This document shows, piece after piece, positions 1-13,195 of a stretch of DNA of 64,000 bases. Below the pieces are notes generated by a model, which was not told the DNA's origin, did no database searches, and saw only the letters and a list, made by a program, of their open reading frames with translations. This stretch comes from Lingula anatina (taxonomy: Eukaryota > Animalia > Brachiopoda): the NCBI GenBank assembly GCA_051362555.1, contig CM120641.1:24310401-24374400 (forward strand), written 5' to 3'. The translations under genes were made by a program, and so were the position numbers. Position 1 is the first letter of the stretch, and each line of letters begins with the position of its first letter.

Positions 1-2150
1 TAGTCCTGTGTTTCTTTTTTAAAAGTTTGACAATCATAAGTAATATGGTTTTCCCATGATGGTCATCATGGCAGCAATACCCAAAATTGTGTTTTCTTCT
101 ATTTTGATGCAATATTTCATAATGCTTAACAGCATAAAGACCATCAGTTTTTAATAATAAAATATACGTATCGTGGATTTTCAGAAAATGTGACTAGCAT
201 GGGTCTTCAAGCCCAAGGTGGTTCTAAGTCACACCTTGAAAATGCCAATATGTGAAAAATTAAATTTTCACAAAAAACTGATTAACTACCAGAAAAATTT
301 ACCAAATAGACTGCACTGCCTAATGAAACTGTATTTTAGTCCCATGTTTCTTTCCTGTAAGTTTGAGAACAGTAAGTGACATAGTTTTCCTTAAATGGTC
401 ATCAAGGGAGCAGTGTCCAAAATAGGGGTTTCTTCAAATTTTGATGCAATATTACATAATGTTTAACAGGATAATAACCATCAAGTTTTAATAATAAAAT
501 ATTAGTATCATGGATATTCAGAAAATGTGACTAGCAAAGGTCTTCAGGCCCATGGAACTTCAAAGTCACAACTTGAAAATGCCAAAATTTAGACAAGACA
601 GTACTGTCCTGAAATGCATTTTTTTCCATTTTTAACAATTTTTTAACATATAACAAAATTAACACTTTACTGCCATTTTTATATGATCAACTAAGAAAAT
701 TGATGAGATGGGAAAAATATCAATAGAACAGTGTTTAATGTACAATTTCCTCTATTCTGAGTTTCTGAACATTGTGAATGAATGAATGAATCTGACAAAC
801 TGCAATGATAAGAGTTTATTTCCATTTTTGAAACTCTATTATACAATACATGATAACAAGCTTACCAATATTTTTACATAATCAACTAACAATGTTGTAA
901 AGATGCAGGAAATGTTAAACAAAGACTTTTACGTATCTTATTAGTTAAATAATGAGACTGTTAACATGCCTAAGAATTGAATCTGAGGAAATGTGAAACA
1001 AGACAGTACTGTTATGAAATGCGCTTATTTCCATTTTTAACACTTTTTTAACATAAAACAAAATTAACAGTTTACTGCCATTTTTATATGATCAACTAAG
1101 AAAGTTGATGAGATGTGAAAAATATCAATAGAACAGTGTCAAATGTCCAATTTCCTCCATTCTGAGTTTCGCGAACATAATGAATGATTGAATCTTACAA
1201 ACTGCAATAATATGAGTTTATTTCCATTTTTGACACTTTATTACACAATACACGATAACAAGTTTACCATCATTTTTACATAATCAACTAACAATGTTGT
1301 AAAGATGCAGGAAATGTCAAACAAACACTTTTACGTATCTTATTAATTAAATAATGAGACTGTTAACATGCCTAAGAATTGAATCTGAAGAAATGTGAAA
1401 AAACAGCATAACTTATAAAATAATGGCCCGATTATGCTGATTTTCGAACTTGACCTGCGTTTTAGTAAGATTGATTACTCCTGTGAGTTTCATGACAACA
1501 GGCCTATCAGTTTTCTTTGAAATGTGTTAACAGTGTTGCATATATGCTGAAAAGTGAAAAAACAGCATAACTGCTAAAATGGTGGCCCGATCATGCCGAT
1601 TTTCGAACTTGACCTGCGTTTTAGTAAGATTGATTACTCCTGTGAGTTTCATGACAACAGGCCTATCAGTTTTCTTTGAAATGTGTTAACAGTGTTGCAT
1701 ATATGCTGAAAAGTGAAAAAACAGCATAACTTCTAAAATGGTGGCCCGATCATGCCGATTTTCGAACTTGACCTGCGTTTTAGTAAGATTGATTACTCCT
1801 GTGAGTTTCATGACAACAGGCCTATCGGTTTTCTTTGAAATGTGTTAACAGTGTTGCATATATGCTGAAAAGTGAAAAAACAGCATAAATTCTACAATAA
1901 TGGCCCGATCATGCTGATTTTCGAACTTGACCTGCGTTTTATGAATATTCATCAGCTCTGTAAATATAAAGCCAAAAAGTAAAACTGTCTTCCACTTATG
2001 GTGTTAACGCTGAAGGTGCACGGCGACGGCGACGGCGACGGCGACATCGACGGCGACATGAACGGCGACGACAGACGCAGGTGATGGCAATATGTACAGA
2101 CACATCTGTGTCTGTACATAAAAAGAAAACCTCCGCTTAAGCGGAGGTTT
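1..2150. mobile_element. Composite tandem-repeat element, Helentron/HINE-like 3' end (partial; left end outside window)
   Basis: Successive arrays: ~336-bp unit (1, 337), ~405-bp unit (593, 998), 159-bp unit (1395, 1554, 1713, 1872). These are followed by a (GACGGC)n microsatellite at ~2020-2070, a 14-bp-stem hairpin at 2091-2120, an A-run and a perfect 24-bp palindrome at 2127-2150. The family call is inferred from architecture only. Confidence 0.6.
1395..1945. repeat. 159-bp tandem repeat, ~3.5 near-identical copies
   Basis: GTGAAAAAACAGCATAA recurs at 1395, 1554, 1713 and 1872. Confidence 0.9.
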
Positions 2151-2160
2151 ACCAACAACC

Positions 2161-5100
2161 ACCTCCATTTTCATAATTGAGCTCTCTAGACTTCCGGATC
2201 TCGCGAGATTCTCGTATTGCGACCTAGTTAAAACCAGTTCAAGCTGCCGGGAAAGGACAACGTGAAACAGGAGGCTCAGTTATGCTGGGAGTCCTTCGAA
2301 GAAGCGAAGACAGATAACAAAAAGAAAAAAGAAACAGCCTTTACAAAAAACATGCGTAAAACAGTGTATCAGGAAATGTACGACAGGCAAACAATAAACA
2401 CCGGCGAGGAAGAAGGCAGATGAAAACCTGCTTGGGTGGCCATGGATACGAAGAATGGCCTGGCCGCGAAGTATTTACTGGATTTGTGAGTACCATTTAC
2501 AATAATCTTTGAGATAAGACACCAGTGAAAATATTTATTAAGCACAGAGATTTATGTTTATTTACGTGTGTTCGTTGTATATCTTAACGATTGTCAGGCT
2601 CGTCTGTCAAAATATGCCATGAAATTGTAACTAATATGAGTGGTATCGATGACAGAAAGTGTTGCTCATATGTCGACTCTGACAGGGTTTGGGTTAGTTT
2701 ATAGAGCAAAGAAAGTTTAAATAAAAACGGACATGGTGGGAGATACTAGTCTCATTACATATACATTACAATGGCCAGGGCGAATTTTTGACTTACCGAG
2801 GGCACATTTCTTGTGCCTCTAACATCTAGGCATACCACAGTAATTAAGACATATGACAAAGATGCTATTTCTTTAGGCATCTAAATCCCAAAATGAATGT
2901 GCAGAAGCTGTTATTGTATCTAAGTTTAACCCAATGTTAAATGGCATGTCAACTATAAGTGAAAATAAATAGTAGTATTTTGATTTTATATTTTAAAGAC
3001 AATTTGTCTCCTTTTTACATTAAAAATAAATAAATCAGAAAGGGGATATTGCATGTTTATGTTTGGTACATCTCTCTAATGTATTAAATAGTCCAGAGTA
3101 ATAATTTAGATCATACAATTTTAACTTCCAACCAGATTAAACCAATATGAAGTGATCAAGAAACTTCAAAATTAAGTTGTAGTTAATACTAGTGCAGTTG
3201 AAGATGACAGTCTAGATAATTTAAGGTGATCATATTGAGAAAAATGGCATTTATACTTATTTCAGTTGAGTTTTATACTTATTTCAGTTATGTTTTTACA
3301 TAATTTTTCTCAAACTCGATTATCTTATTTTATGTACTGTTGCTTTTTTTTTTGGTTGCAGTATCAAGGTAACTTTTTCCTATGGTATGCCTGAACTGGA
3401 AGAAGTGCAGATGGAAGAGGAGGAAGATGCTGAAGAAGAGGGAATTAAAGGATCCTGATGATCCAACATGGGACTAAAACATGTCTTTAGAGTAAGCAGA
3501 ATTTTAATAAGCTGATATTCACTCCTCATATATTAGGCATATAGGTGCATGATTTCTCTTTTATCAATTTTTTTTCCAAATTGGCGACACATAATGTAAA
3601 CATAATGCAAGACTCTATTTCCTCTGTCAACTGAAACGAGCTAAGCTTTACCAAAGTATTGTGCACTCAATTCTAGAATATGCCTGCCCTGTGTGGCATC
3701 CAGGACTAACTATAGAGCAATGCAAACTCTAAGAGACTGACCAAACTTGTGCTTTGAAGATTATTTTCCCTGACCTATACTATGATGAAACCCTGAACCT
3801 GGCATATGTGTACTTTAGATAAACGAAGAGATTGTGCAAAACTTTCTTTTACAAAATAACTGAATCCTCTGACAAACTGAATCACATCTTTATTGATCAA
3901 TCCAATCGTCTTTTAAGATCAAACAATAGTAACAAAGTGCCACAATTTAAGACCGACAGATTCTGATGCTCTTTTATTCGGTATGCACTTTTAAATTTCC
4001 AATAGTATTATGTTGTCTTTTATCCTAAGTACAATAATTTTAAAGTTCAATTAGCAGTCTTTTAACTCAGTTTAATTCAAGCAAATATTCACTTTATTTT
4101 CATTATAATTTTCTTAACACTATGTACAACTTCAACCCACTGGGTTGCAATCTTAATAAATTATTATTATTATTATTTTGATTTGCTTTTTTAGACCTAA
4201 AGGTTATGAGCAACTGCCAGTATGATGTCCTGAAGAAGAGTTTTTTACATGGAAGAGGAACTCCATGGCTCTCCACCAAAAAAAGATTAACTTTTCTTGA
4301 GGGTCCAAAGCGGGGACGAGTTGGATAGTGAGAGACTTTTCCTGACTTTCGAGTGCTGCTTACAGGATATATTCAGTGAACTCATCTTGCCAATGTGACA
4401 AAGCATAATCTGCTGACTTCAAACCATCTAGCACTTACATGTATGCTATAATGCAGACAGATTGGAAATCAAGGTGGTCTTTCCTCCCAAACCTAAGTCA
4501 TATGCCTGATATTGAGAATAAACCATTTTGGTCCAGCATTTACTTCTTAAATCTAAATGACATCAAATGTATTATGGAATATGGTACTGGTGGCATATTG
4601 TGATTTCAACTTGATTTTAAACCAGTGTGTTGTTAGATTTTGTAAGATCACCAGTTGCAGTTTTGTGACTTTGTTACAGCATAAAATTCTGTATTTGGCA
4701 AATGACTGCATGTCATTTCTTTTAAGACCTACAAAAATGGTTTGAGTGAACACTTGTGCCTGTATTCAATTCTCCACTCAGCCATTATTTAGAATTCATG
4801 CAGGGAAGCTATGCCTGTAATTTTTAAAGAAATATTTATACCTTTCTATTTATTCCCTGCACATCTTGGAAAAGTATGTGTGAATATCTTACTGATGAAA
4901 CAATTTATGTTTGTGTAAGTTGGGTTGGTCCTTTCTTATGACACATCCCTTTGCATGGAGACAGCTCACATGAGTCAATACACGGACAGAGAGGGGGATA
5001 ATTTGTTGATCTGCAATCCTCATGGGTCTGCATGTACATCAGACTCTTAACATGATAGCCTGGCTATTAATAAGTCTCTCTCAAAAATGTTATCATACTA

Positions 5101-7085
5101 TAATGTGTACTGCACAATGTGAAAGTTTGTGAATGCTTGAATAGAAGGCTTATTTATGAAGATGGCATTAATGAGTATGAAAATAATTATGCATTCTAGC
5201 TTACAGAATCTGTGTATGTCTTATTCATTACATGTGACAGGTAATAATAAAGATGATTTGGCCAAATTCCAAACTTATGTAGCAAACTTTGTTTATTCTT
5301 GTATTTTTGCCAAATATAAATAAAAGATGTTTCAATATTTAAACTTTTATTTCATTCATAATCTCTACCCAGTTAATGCTTCATTGATACTGCAGCTTAT
5401 GCTTTGTACATAACAATATGTTAATTAATAATAACAGTTGGATAGTACATGTTAATTTACTAAAGGGCTAGTTCTTAGAAAAACATGTTCGACATTAAAA
5501 TATATTCTAAAAAAGTTTTCAAGTATTGCATTAGAATTGAATCTTTGGATGTATTTGACAAAATTATATAATTATTGAAGAGTTGACAATGCACAGAAAA
5601 TAAAGGCCTTGAGGCTCTCGCTGATCTCAGTCTTGTCACTTTAAATACATGTACATGGGCATTATAATATAAAACTGTTCACTCGGTTTTGGTAAAAGGT
5701 GGTGGATCATGTGGTCATCGCTGCAAATTTTTTGTAGCAGTCTTTTACACAACTTGTCACACCGACATTGAAGTGATGCAGTATTGTAAGATTGGAGTGC
5801 TTCCTGGTATGAGTTTTCCAGACATAACTTGAGGCACTGTAATAGTAAAATTACATAAAATGGTTATAAAGAAAAAAATGTATTGATATTATCATAACAG
5901 CACTATTCTTTAACAAAAATCAACAAATTAAGAGGGCATGATCACTACATGATAACCAGCTTATTATAAAGAAGCAAGTCTGATTATGGCAAAAAAAAAA
6001 TAATTAAATTTAAATATCTGCAGCTGCATTAAATCATAAAGGCCACAAGAAGAAATAACATAATCACACATGGTTTCAAAGAACTGATGTAAAAAAATCA
6101 CACTAATATTCCCCACTTGGAATTAGAATTTTGACTAGCTAATTTACTACAGTAAAGTGCTAAACCGTACCAAATGGCACTGTTCACCCTCTAAAATACC
6201 AAAGTTTTAAGCAGGCCGCGGACCCCCCCCCCCCCTTTCAAATAATCCTGGATCCGCCCATGTTATACTGCTAAAATTATTAACATACCTGATCTCTTCA
6301 CTCATGCTTGAAGGGGTGTATCACCCAATTCCTCCTCTGAAAGGCTAAAAAATCATTCCTTATAATCATATTCATTGACAATATTATTAAATTTACAAAT
6401 AAGCTAACGTAGTTACGTGCCGTACAAAGAACACCCTCTAACCCCACTAGTACTCGAGTTACATTGTATATCTCATGGGATTCCCCTGCGAGAATATGGT
6501 GTGAGGTTAGTCTGTAAGTACTGGTAGATGACCACATTGAGCAGAAAAGGGTATTCCTCCTTCTTTACAGAACTATACACCTCAGGGGTAAAGTGCACTA
6601 TCTCGCTTCATATAACTAGTAGTACGTACCCAGTGCGAGTGATTTGGCTGCGAGTGCGTTACCCGAGGAAACGTTAATTATTAGCAGTTATCTACGCTTT
6701 TTAACTTCCTCTGCCAGACATTTTGATTTCCACTGCCATCTTCCCATTTTAAAGTACTTTTGGTAAATATAACTCGCTTACCTGCAAAGATTCGGTGAGC
6801 AATTCCTCTTCTCCTTCACGTCCACGCTCACCTTCGAAACGACATGCTGTCTGCATTGTTTACATCTCGTATCCGAGTCGAGAAGCCGCGTTATTTCAAA
6901 CTGTGTCAAGATGGCTGACGCCCGGGGTTCGAAAGTGGACGGTGAATATGATTCTTTTTTTCGATATTGATTAAGGCCATTTACCTGCCATTTTATGCTT
7001 TACCCATAGCAATTGTTCTCAGATAAGTTAAAAAAGAAGCAATCCATGCACTAAAAAGGCGTTTTTAATCCTATTTTTTGTCCCT
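2161..7085. mobile_element. Degenerate Kolobok-like DNA transposon derivative with two convergent spliced, non-coding units
   Basis: Right end ...GTCCCT followed by TTAA (7086-7089). Promoter-like motifs at both ends: ACTTCCGG and TCTCGCGAGA at 2190-2208, CAAGATGGCTG at ~6907. Splice-bounded segments on + (donor 2486; 3362-3491; acceptor before 4195) and on - (donor 6781; 6344-6289; acceptor 5837). No continuous ORF; left TIR not found. Confidence 0.35.
5600..5836 (-). mobile_element. Fragment of the C-terminus of a LINE (L2/CR1/Crack-type) ORF2
   Basis: Translates to CLKLCLENSYQEALQSYNTASLQCRCDKLCKRLLQKICSDDHMIHHLLPKPSEQFY. This resembles the SY.EAL....L..RR..LC..FF..I....H.LH.LLP motif downstream of RT in these LINEs; the frame then degrades. 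Confidence 0.5.
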
Positions 7086-7240
7086 TTAACAATTGTAATT
7101 TATACATGATCATTTGCAAGAGGTGTATTATTTATGTCTCTGACTGCACATAACATGTCTATAAAAGTCATAAAAAAACATTCTATCAGCAAATGTAACC
7201 AGATACAACCTGAGGCGCCCTCTGTGCATCAGTACCTCAC

Positions 7241-8789
7241 CATTTATTTCGTGGAAACCTCCGCTGTATCTCTTCCAGTACTGGTTTATAGCAGGCGTCT
7301 CTCTCAGCCTTCCCATCTGTGCTCCAGTCTCTGACAAACTGTTTCAAAGTGGTTTTAACTTTGTCCATATCAAAAGTTGCAGGAATTGGAAGGCTGGGGG
7401 CCCTTTTTGTAGGCGTCTCCTCTCCATTACTCTGAGTATTCTGCAGTATGTCACTCTGAAATGGAATGCTGTTTAGATATTATTCACAATCCTGTTATTA
7501 TAATTGTAGTGAAAGGGGGTTAAAGGGATAATAACTCTTCGTTTTGGCCAAAAAATGAATTTTCCTGGAGTAAACAACAATTTTCCCATACTTACCAATA
7601 GTTAATGAATCCATTTTTACATTCAAAGTTAGTCCCTGTTTTTTTCTAAAAAGTTTGGTTTTTTGTTAAAATCTCTTAAGAGATTGTAACAGAGTTTAGC
7701 CATCAATGGAGGTCACATGGTCTGAAGACAAGCTCAGATATCAGAATAATAGCTATAACTGCCGTTTTTGTTATAACACAGAATATATTATATTTCTATG
7801 AGTTGTTCACAATGTTTTTATTGTGAAATATAGATCTCATACGAAGAGTTATTATCCCTTTACGTGATCTTACTAAAATGGATTGCCCTTTCGATTGAAA
7901 AATTTCCACACTGAGTCTCCAGCGGGGTCAACTATAAGGGAGTTAAGGAGTATATATATATATACCCCATTTTCAGAAAAAGACTGGCCCCTACCCAGTC
8001 CTTTTTTAGTTGTTGGCTAAAGGCCTGATTAAACTAAACTAAACTAACTAATCTCACCCATACCTCAGCAGGAAATTCTTCATTTTCAAACATGTGGTTT
8101 GTGTTCTTGATGATATTTTTTATCAATTCATAGTTCTGGGCAATACAGTGCCTCACTTCATCCATGTGTTTGGGGAAGTCTGGAATCAGGGCTTTATGGT
8201 GGTCAGGAATCTTCTGGTAGGCAATTTGTTCTGTAAATACTCTCTGTAAAGAATGGTCCCTGAAAAGCATAATCATATATGCCAATTTATTCATTTTGTC
8301 ATGTACATTTTGTCATGTACATAGTTTGAACCACGTCTTTAAATAGTATAATTGTACTTTATGTTATGGTCTTTGTTTTACGGTACATATATATCATACG
8401 GGGAGTACACATATAGCAATTTTATTAAATTATCTTAAGACACTTTACCGAGTTCGATTATTGTTGTTGTTTTGAGTAATGGTAGATTAGAATGGTATTT
8501 CTAAGTCGTTTTCAGAGATTTTTAGATTCAATAACCAGACAAATCATGGGGACACCCGATATTTATAACATGCAATTAGAATCAACATGGAACTTTCATT
8601 ATCTCATTAGAGCTCATGCCACGCATTGTCTCTATGTAGAAGAAATGCGTATTTGCACTGCACACCTATGTAGCTTTTCTAGGGGAGTACTTACTTATAG
8701 TGTCTAAATGCACATATAATTCTTCTGAAGTGCTCTCTCTCTTTCTCAGTATCTTCTTCGCTTATCTGCTTCCGCACCGGCAGCGCCAT
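7241..8789 (-). CDS. CARNMT1: Carnosine N-methyltransferase 1 (C9orf41 homolog), coding exons 1-3; 3' exons not found in window
   Basis: Exons 8789-8695 ([32 protein letters not shown]), 8259-8058 ([26 protein letters not shown]...HMFENEEF) and 7455-7241 ([39 protein letters not shown]). GT-AG introns with consistent phases. [25 protein letters not shown] is the CARNMT1 signature. Confidence 0.93.
7524..7859 (+). mobile_element. ~336-bp MITE with TTAA target, Kolobok-type ends, copy 1 (CARNMT1 intron 2)
   Basis: TIR AGGGATAATAACTCTTCGT / ACGAAGAGTTATTATCCCT; TTAA on the left, TTAC on the right. Near-identical to 58396-58732. Confidence 0.88.
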
Positions 8790-9039
8790 GCTTATCCAAT
8801 TTCCCTGCAGATGTCACTACGGGGTAATCGCCAAGACACACCAAAGCAGCGTTGCATCCTGGTTAATATTAAATGGTTTCACAGTAAAAGATTAACCACA
8901 GATGATGAGCAACAGTATATTATAAATGCAATCATATTTTGTCTAAATATCAAAATGAATCGCTCTGCTGTGTTGTTTTATAAACTACATGTATATATGT
9001 AGCATGGAGGCCGGCATGTGATGGAAATCTTAATAGTTT

Positions 9040-9680
9040 GTCAGGTGGGGTGAGTCCATTTTATTTGGGGGTTTCAGGTGGGGCGGGTCCATTCAATTGG
9101 AGGGGTGTCAGGTGGGGCGGGTCCATTACATCAGAGGGGGGGTGGCAGGTGGGGCGAGTCCATTCCACTGGAGGGGTGGCAGGTGGGGCGAGTCCATTTC
9201 ATTGAAGGGGTGTCAGGTGGGGCGGGTCCATTCCATTGGAGGGATGTCAGGTGGGGCGAGTCCATTTCATCTGGGGGTGTCAGGTGGGGCAAGTCCATTT
9301 CATCTGGGGGGTGTCAGGTGGGGCGAGTCCATTTCATTGGAGGGGTGTCAGGTGGGGCAAGTCCATTTCATTGGGGGGTGTCAGGTGGGGCGGGTCCATT
9401 CCATTGGAGGGGTGTCAGGTGGGGCGGGTCCATTTCATTGGAGGGGTGTCAGGTGTGGCGAGTCCATTCCATTGGAGGGGTGTCAGGTGAGGCAAGTCCA
9501 TTTCATCTGGGGGGTGTCAGATTGGGCGGGTCCATTCCATTGGAGGGGTGCCAGGTGGGGCGAGTCCATTCCATTGGAGGGGGTGTCAGGTGGGGCGAGT
9601 CCATTTCATTGGAGGGGTGTCAGGTGGGGCGAGTCCATTTCATCTGGGGGTGTCAGGTGGGGCAAGTCCATTCTATTGGG
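9040..9680. repeat. G-rich minisatellite, 33-35-bp unit, about 19 copies
   Basis: Unit consensus GGGGTGTCAGGTGGGGCGAGTCCATTTCATTGGA. It explains the three overlapping repetitive ORFs at 9078-9770. Confidence 0.95.
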
Positions 9681-12600
9681 CGTGTAATGTTGGCAAGTAA
9701 ATTCTATTTGAAGCTTCTCGTCAATTTGTTATTAATGAAAATTATTTACCGTACATTTGAGGATATGTGAAATCTGAAACTGGCCACAAAAATATGAAGG
9801 AATTTAGAAATATTATTCAAGTACTATACTAAAGAACCGAAAAAAATGGGTTCTACGTTCTACCCTGAAAATATTTAGAAGAGGCAATTTTCAACTGTTG
9901 CCATTAAAAAAGTGTTTTAGGTTGCATTAGAATCTTTCCACTTTTTCATTTTTCTGTTTAAATTTCAAAATGAAATATTCATATGAAGAATAGGTCACCA
10001 AATATAAATCGATTTATGGAACCGAAATGGGTGGAAAATGGACCAGTCTTATATTTAAAAATATAGGAAAATTGAATCCAGCATGTCAACTTCCCTTATG
10101 CTATTTAAAAATTCAAAGTGAATTTTTCAGAAGCGCGATTGTAAATTTATACATTTTTAAATTATTAATGTAGGTTGTTAAAAAAACTGTTTTAGTAATT
10201 TTCTTTTAGTGTGTTAAAACCGCAGGAATGCGCAATTTTTATTATTTACAAATTACCCGGTGTCTTTGTTATATCATTTACAACTGTTTCAATTTTAGAT
10301 ATTTTTACGTATCACAGAAAACGTCAATAACATAAACATTCAGACATTATGTACAGGCCAGATTGAATTTGAAAATCCTCAAACACGAAATAAAACAACT
10401 CATTTCACCATGTCATTACTACCATCATGATAATTTCATCAAAAAACGCCGTTTTACATAAATATTTATTCAGTTTTCACATTATAGAAGCAGGAAAGAG
10501 CGTAGGGTTCCTGGGTGTGACACAGAGGCTAGGCATCATAGGTTGCTTGTAGGCGCATGCTCTGCAGAATCTCGTAGAGCTTCTGAAAATAGAAAATGAC
10601 CAGACTAAACGGACAGGCATACGAATAATGCATGTAATATCACAGAGGTTATAATTGAAATGGAGTGCGTGTTTATTGACTTGTATGATGTTCTGGCTCA
10701 GCTAGCGCCGAAAAAAACTAAGGTTGCCTTACGCCAAAGTCATGAACTGGAATTAGTTAATGATATAACTATTTTTCTTGCAAAAAAGAAACATTGATAA
10801 CACAACTCATTTCATTTGCGGATGAAGGGTGGTATTACTCCGACCTTTTATATATTTATCTTGAAATAAAGAGTTATAACACTTCTTGTAGTACATGTTG
10901 ACACATTTCAGAAGAGCACAAAGATCTCTTTTCCATTTTTCCTTTTTGGAATAATATGACAAATATATTGCACATAATTTGGTTGTACAATTAAGCTTTC
11001 ACACAGTGAACCGTGTAATGGATGGACAACATACGGCACAGTGGAGACGACTCGAAATGCACATGTGCGCGTGTCAGTCAAATTATACAAATGTCTTCGA
11101 GCACCTGTCATTTTTTTAAAAAGCAACAACAGAATACCCAAGTCTTATTTGAAACAAAATTTTTAATTAGATCAAAAATATTCGAAATCAGCATTGTCAT
11201 AATGTTAAACCAAAACTTTAAAGCGCAGGGAAAAAATTCAAGCAAACTTAGGTTATCAAAAACTCAGTTGAGTGCGCCTTTCATTCCTTACATTTGGAGT
11301 CTCAATGCATTGTAACAAATAAATTCTACCATTCTGAGTGACATGGGCCTACAAGTAACAATGGAAATAGTAGTACAAAGATTCATGTTATAAATATTTG
11401 TCGGAAATATTCTGTCACTCGTCTGCGCCTTTAGCATTAAATGACGGTGGTTATTGAAGAAATAGTGATACTCACCAACATATGAATTTGCTTCTACGCC
11501 TTATGAAAGCTCGGCCTTGTGACTGCATCACACAAGCTGCGCTGTTAGGTCTACACCCGACTGTGTCCAACTGCCAAGTAAGCATTCGGGAAGACAGCTC
11601 ACACTGCGACAAGTAACCTATTCTTATGCAAATTACATCAGGTAGGGCTCATTTTAAGTGAGAGGTTATTACTGAAACTGGTCACGACTGCTCAATAAAT
11701 CCGTTGGTGGGCCTTCACATAGGCTCAGGGTTGTGTGTATAATCAAGAAGGTTGAACTCCTTGGTATAAATGTAATATATGTACGGTTCATTTTGTAGTT
11801 GCATGATGCTCAATAAAATTATTTTCAAAATATTAAAGTGATCGCGCATAGCAAATATGTCTTGACTGAATGTGATAGGATTTAATGTCAAATTAATAGG
11901 TTCTGTATTTTCCGGAATCTTTTGAATTGCAGTAATTTAATAAAAGATGAACGATTATTTTTTGTAATCGAATGCACCACTGACGTGTTGATTAGGTAAC
12001 AGCAAATTATGTGTAATTACAGCTCACACTCAGCAAGGTTTTTATGTCTTTTATTGTATGTTTAGTCCTAAAATTGAGAAAAATCCTTCAGCTTGCTGGG
12101 TTTCTACTTCAAAGCAAGTTACTGTGTCAAAAAATCTCACTTCCCATAAAAATATATATTCTTTTGCTCTTCAACAAATAATACTACTAAAATAAATTAA
12201 TTAAAATACAAAAGGGTATAAATATATATATATACTTTATTATTGTCCCTATTAATAAATAAATTTTTGTGTTTTGAATGTTAATTTAATTAAAAGCTGG
12301 TTTTGCATAAACAATGACAAATTGTCAAACATTATTTACTGCACATTTACATTTCGGGATACGTGAAATCCGAAACTGGTCAAAAAAAAAAAAAACGAAA
12401 GATTATAGGAATATAATTCAAATACTATTTCTGATTATTGATTTTTATATTTACCTTTGGCACATGTTTAGAACTCCTGGAGCAACTGACTTTAATTTTT
12501 ACATAACTTCATATAATAAAACAAGTACTGTTTATCTTCTTGGACGGTGAAAAGTGTGTAGTCCGATGATTTTTTCATGCAATGAAACGATACCAGCCTT

Positions 12601-13195
12601 CATGCAGGCACATGTATAGAATTGATATCCTTTTTTTCCTTTTTTAGAATTAAATATGGGATGTATTGATTTGAAAGCAAGTTAAAAATATTAAAGTTAA
12701 TAGATATTAATATTCCGTAAAAATAAAAATATGAATGTTTCATGACAGTCTTGATTGGACAAGAAGTAGGAAAGAATTATAAATCGGGAAGAAATACATG
12801 TGGTGTGTCTGTCCATCAAATGACATCACTGTTTCTTAGGGTTCTACCGCTATGACTGTAAGAAGAGAGGTGTTATAGGAGAAGACCATGACTTGCTTAA
12901 ATGAGACATCAGCATAATAATAATAATAATAATAATAATCATAATAATTAGCGTTCACTAAACATCAGTGCTACAATATACACAAGATGCCATACAGTTC
13001 CAATATTTATACGGTCGCCTGGTCACTGTGTGGATTTGTACTTAATTTAAGTAAATTTGTCAATACGCTTCATTGAACTTCAACACGAATATGAGCCATT
13101 AGCTGCGTTCGGATCGCTTCATCAACAACATGGCTGACTAGAGGGTGGCGCTCTGTCTGACTGATTTCAACGGATATTTTCGTTCAGATAATAAA

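Noticed and set aside
9040-9770. CRISPR-like array or Gly/Trp-rich repeat protein (ORFs 9078-9770, 9097-9687, 9236-9490)
   Set aside because: Units are head-to-tail with no unique spacers and the context is eukaryotic. The ORFs arise from a stop-poor 33-35-bp unit whose indels ignore frame.
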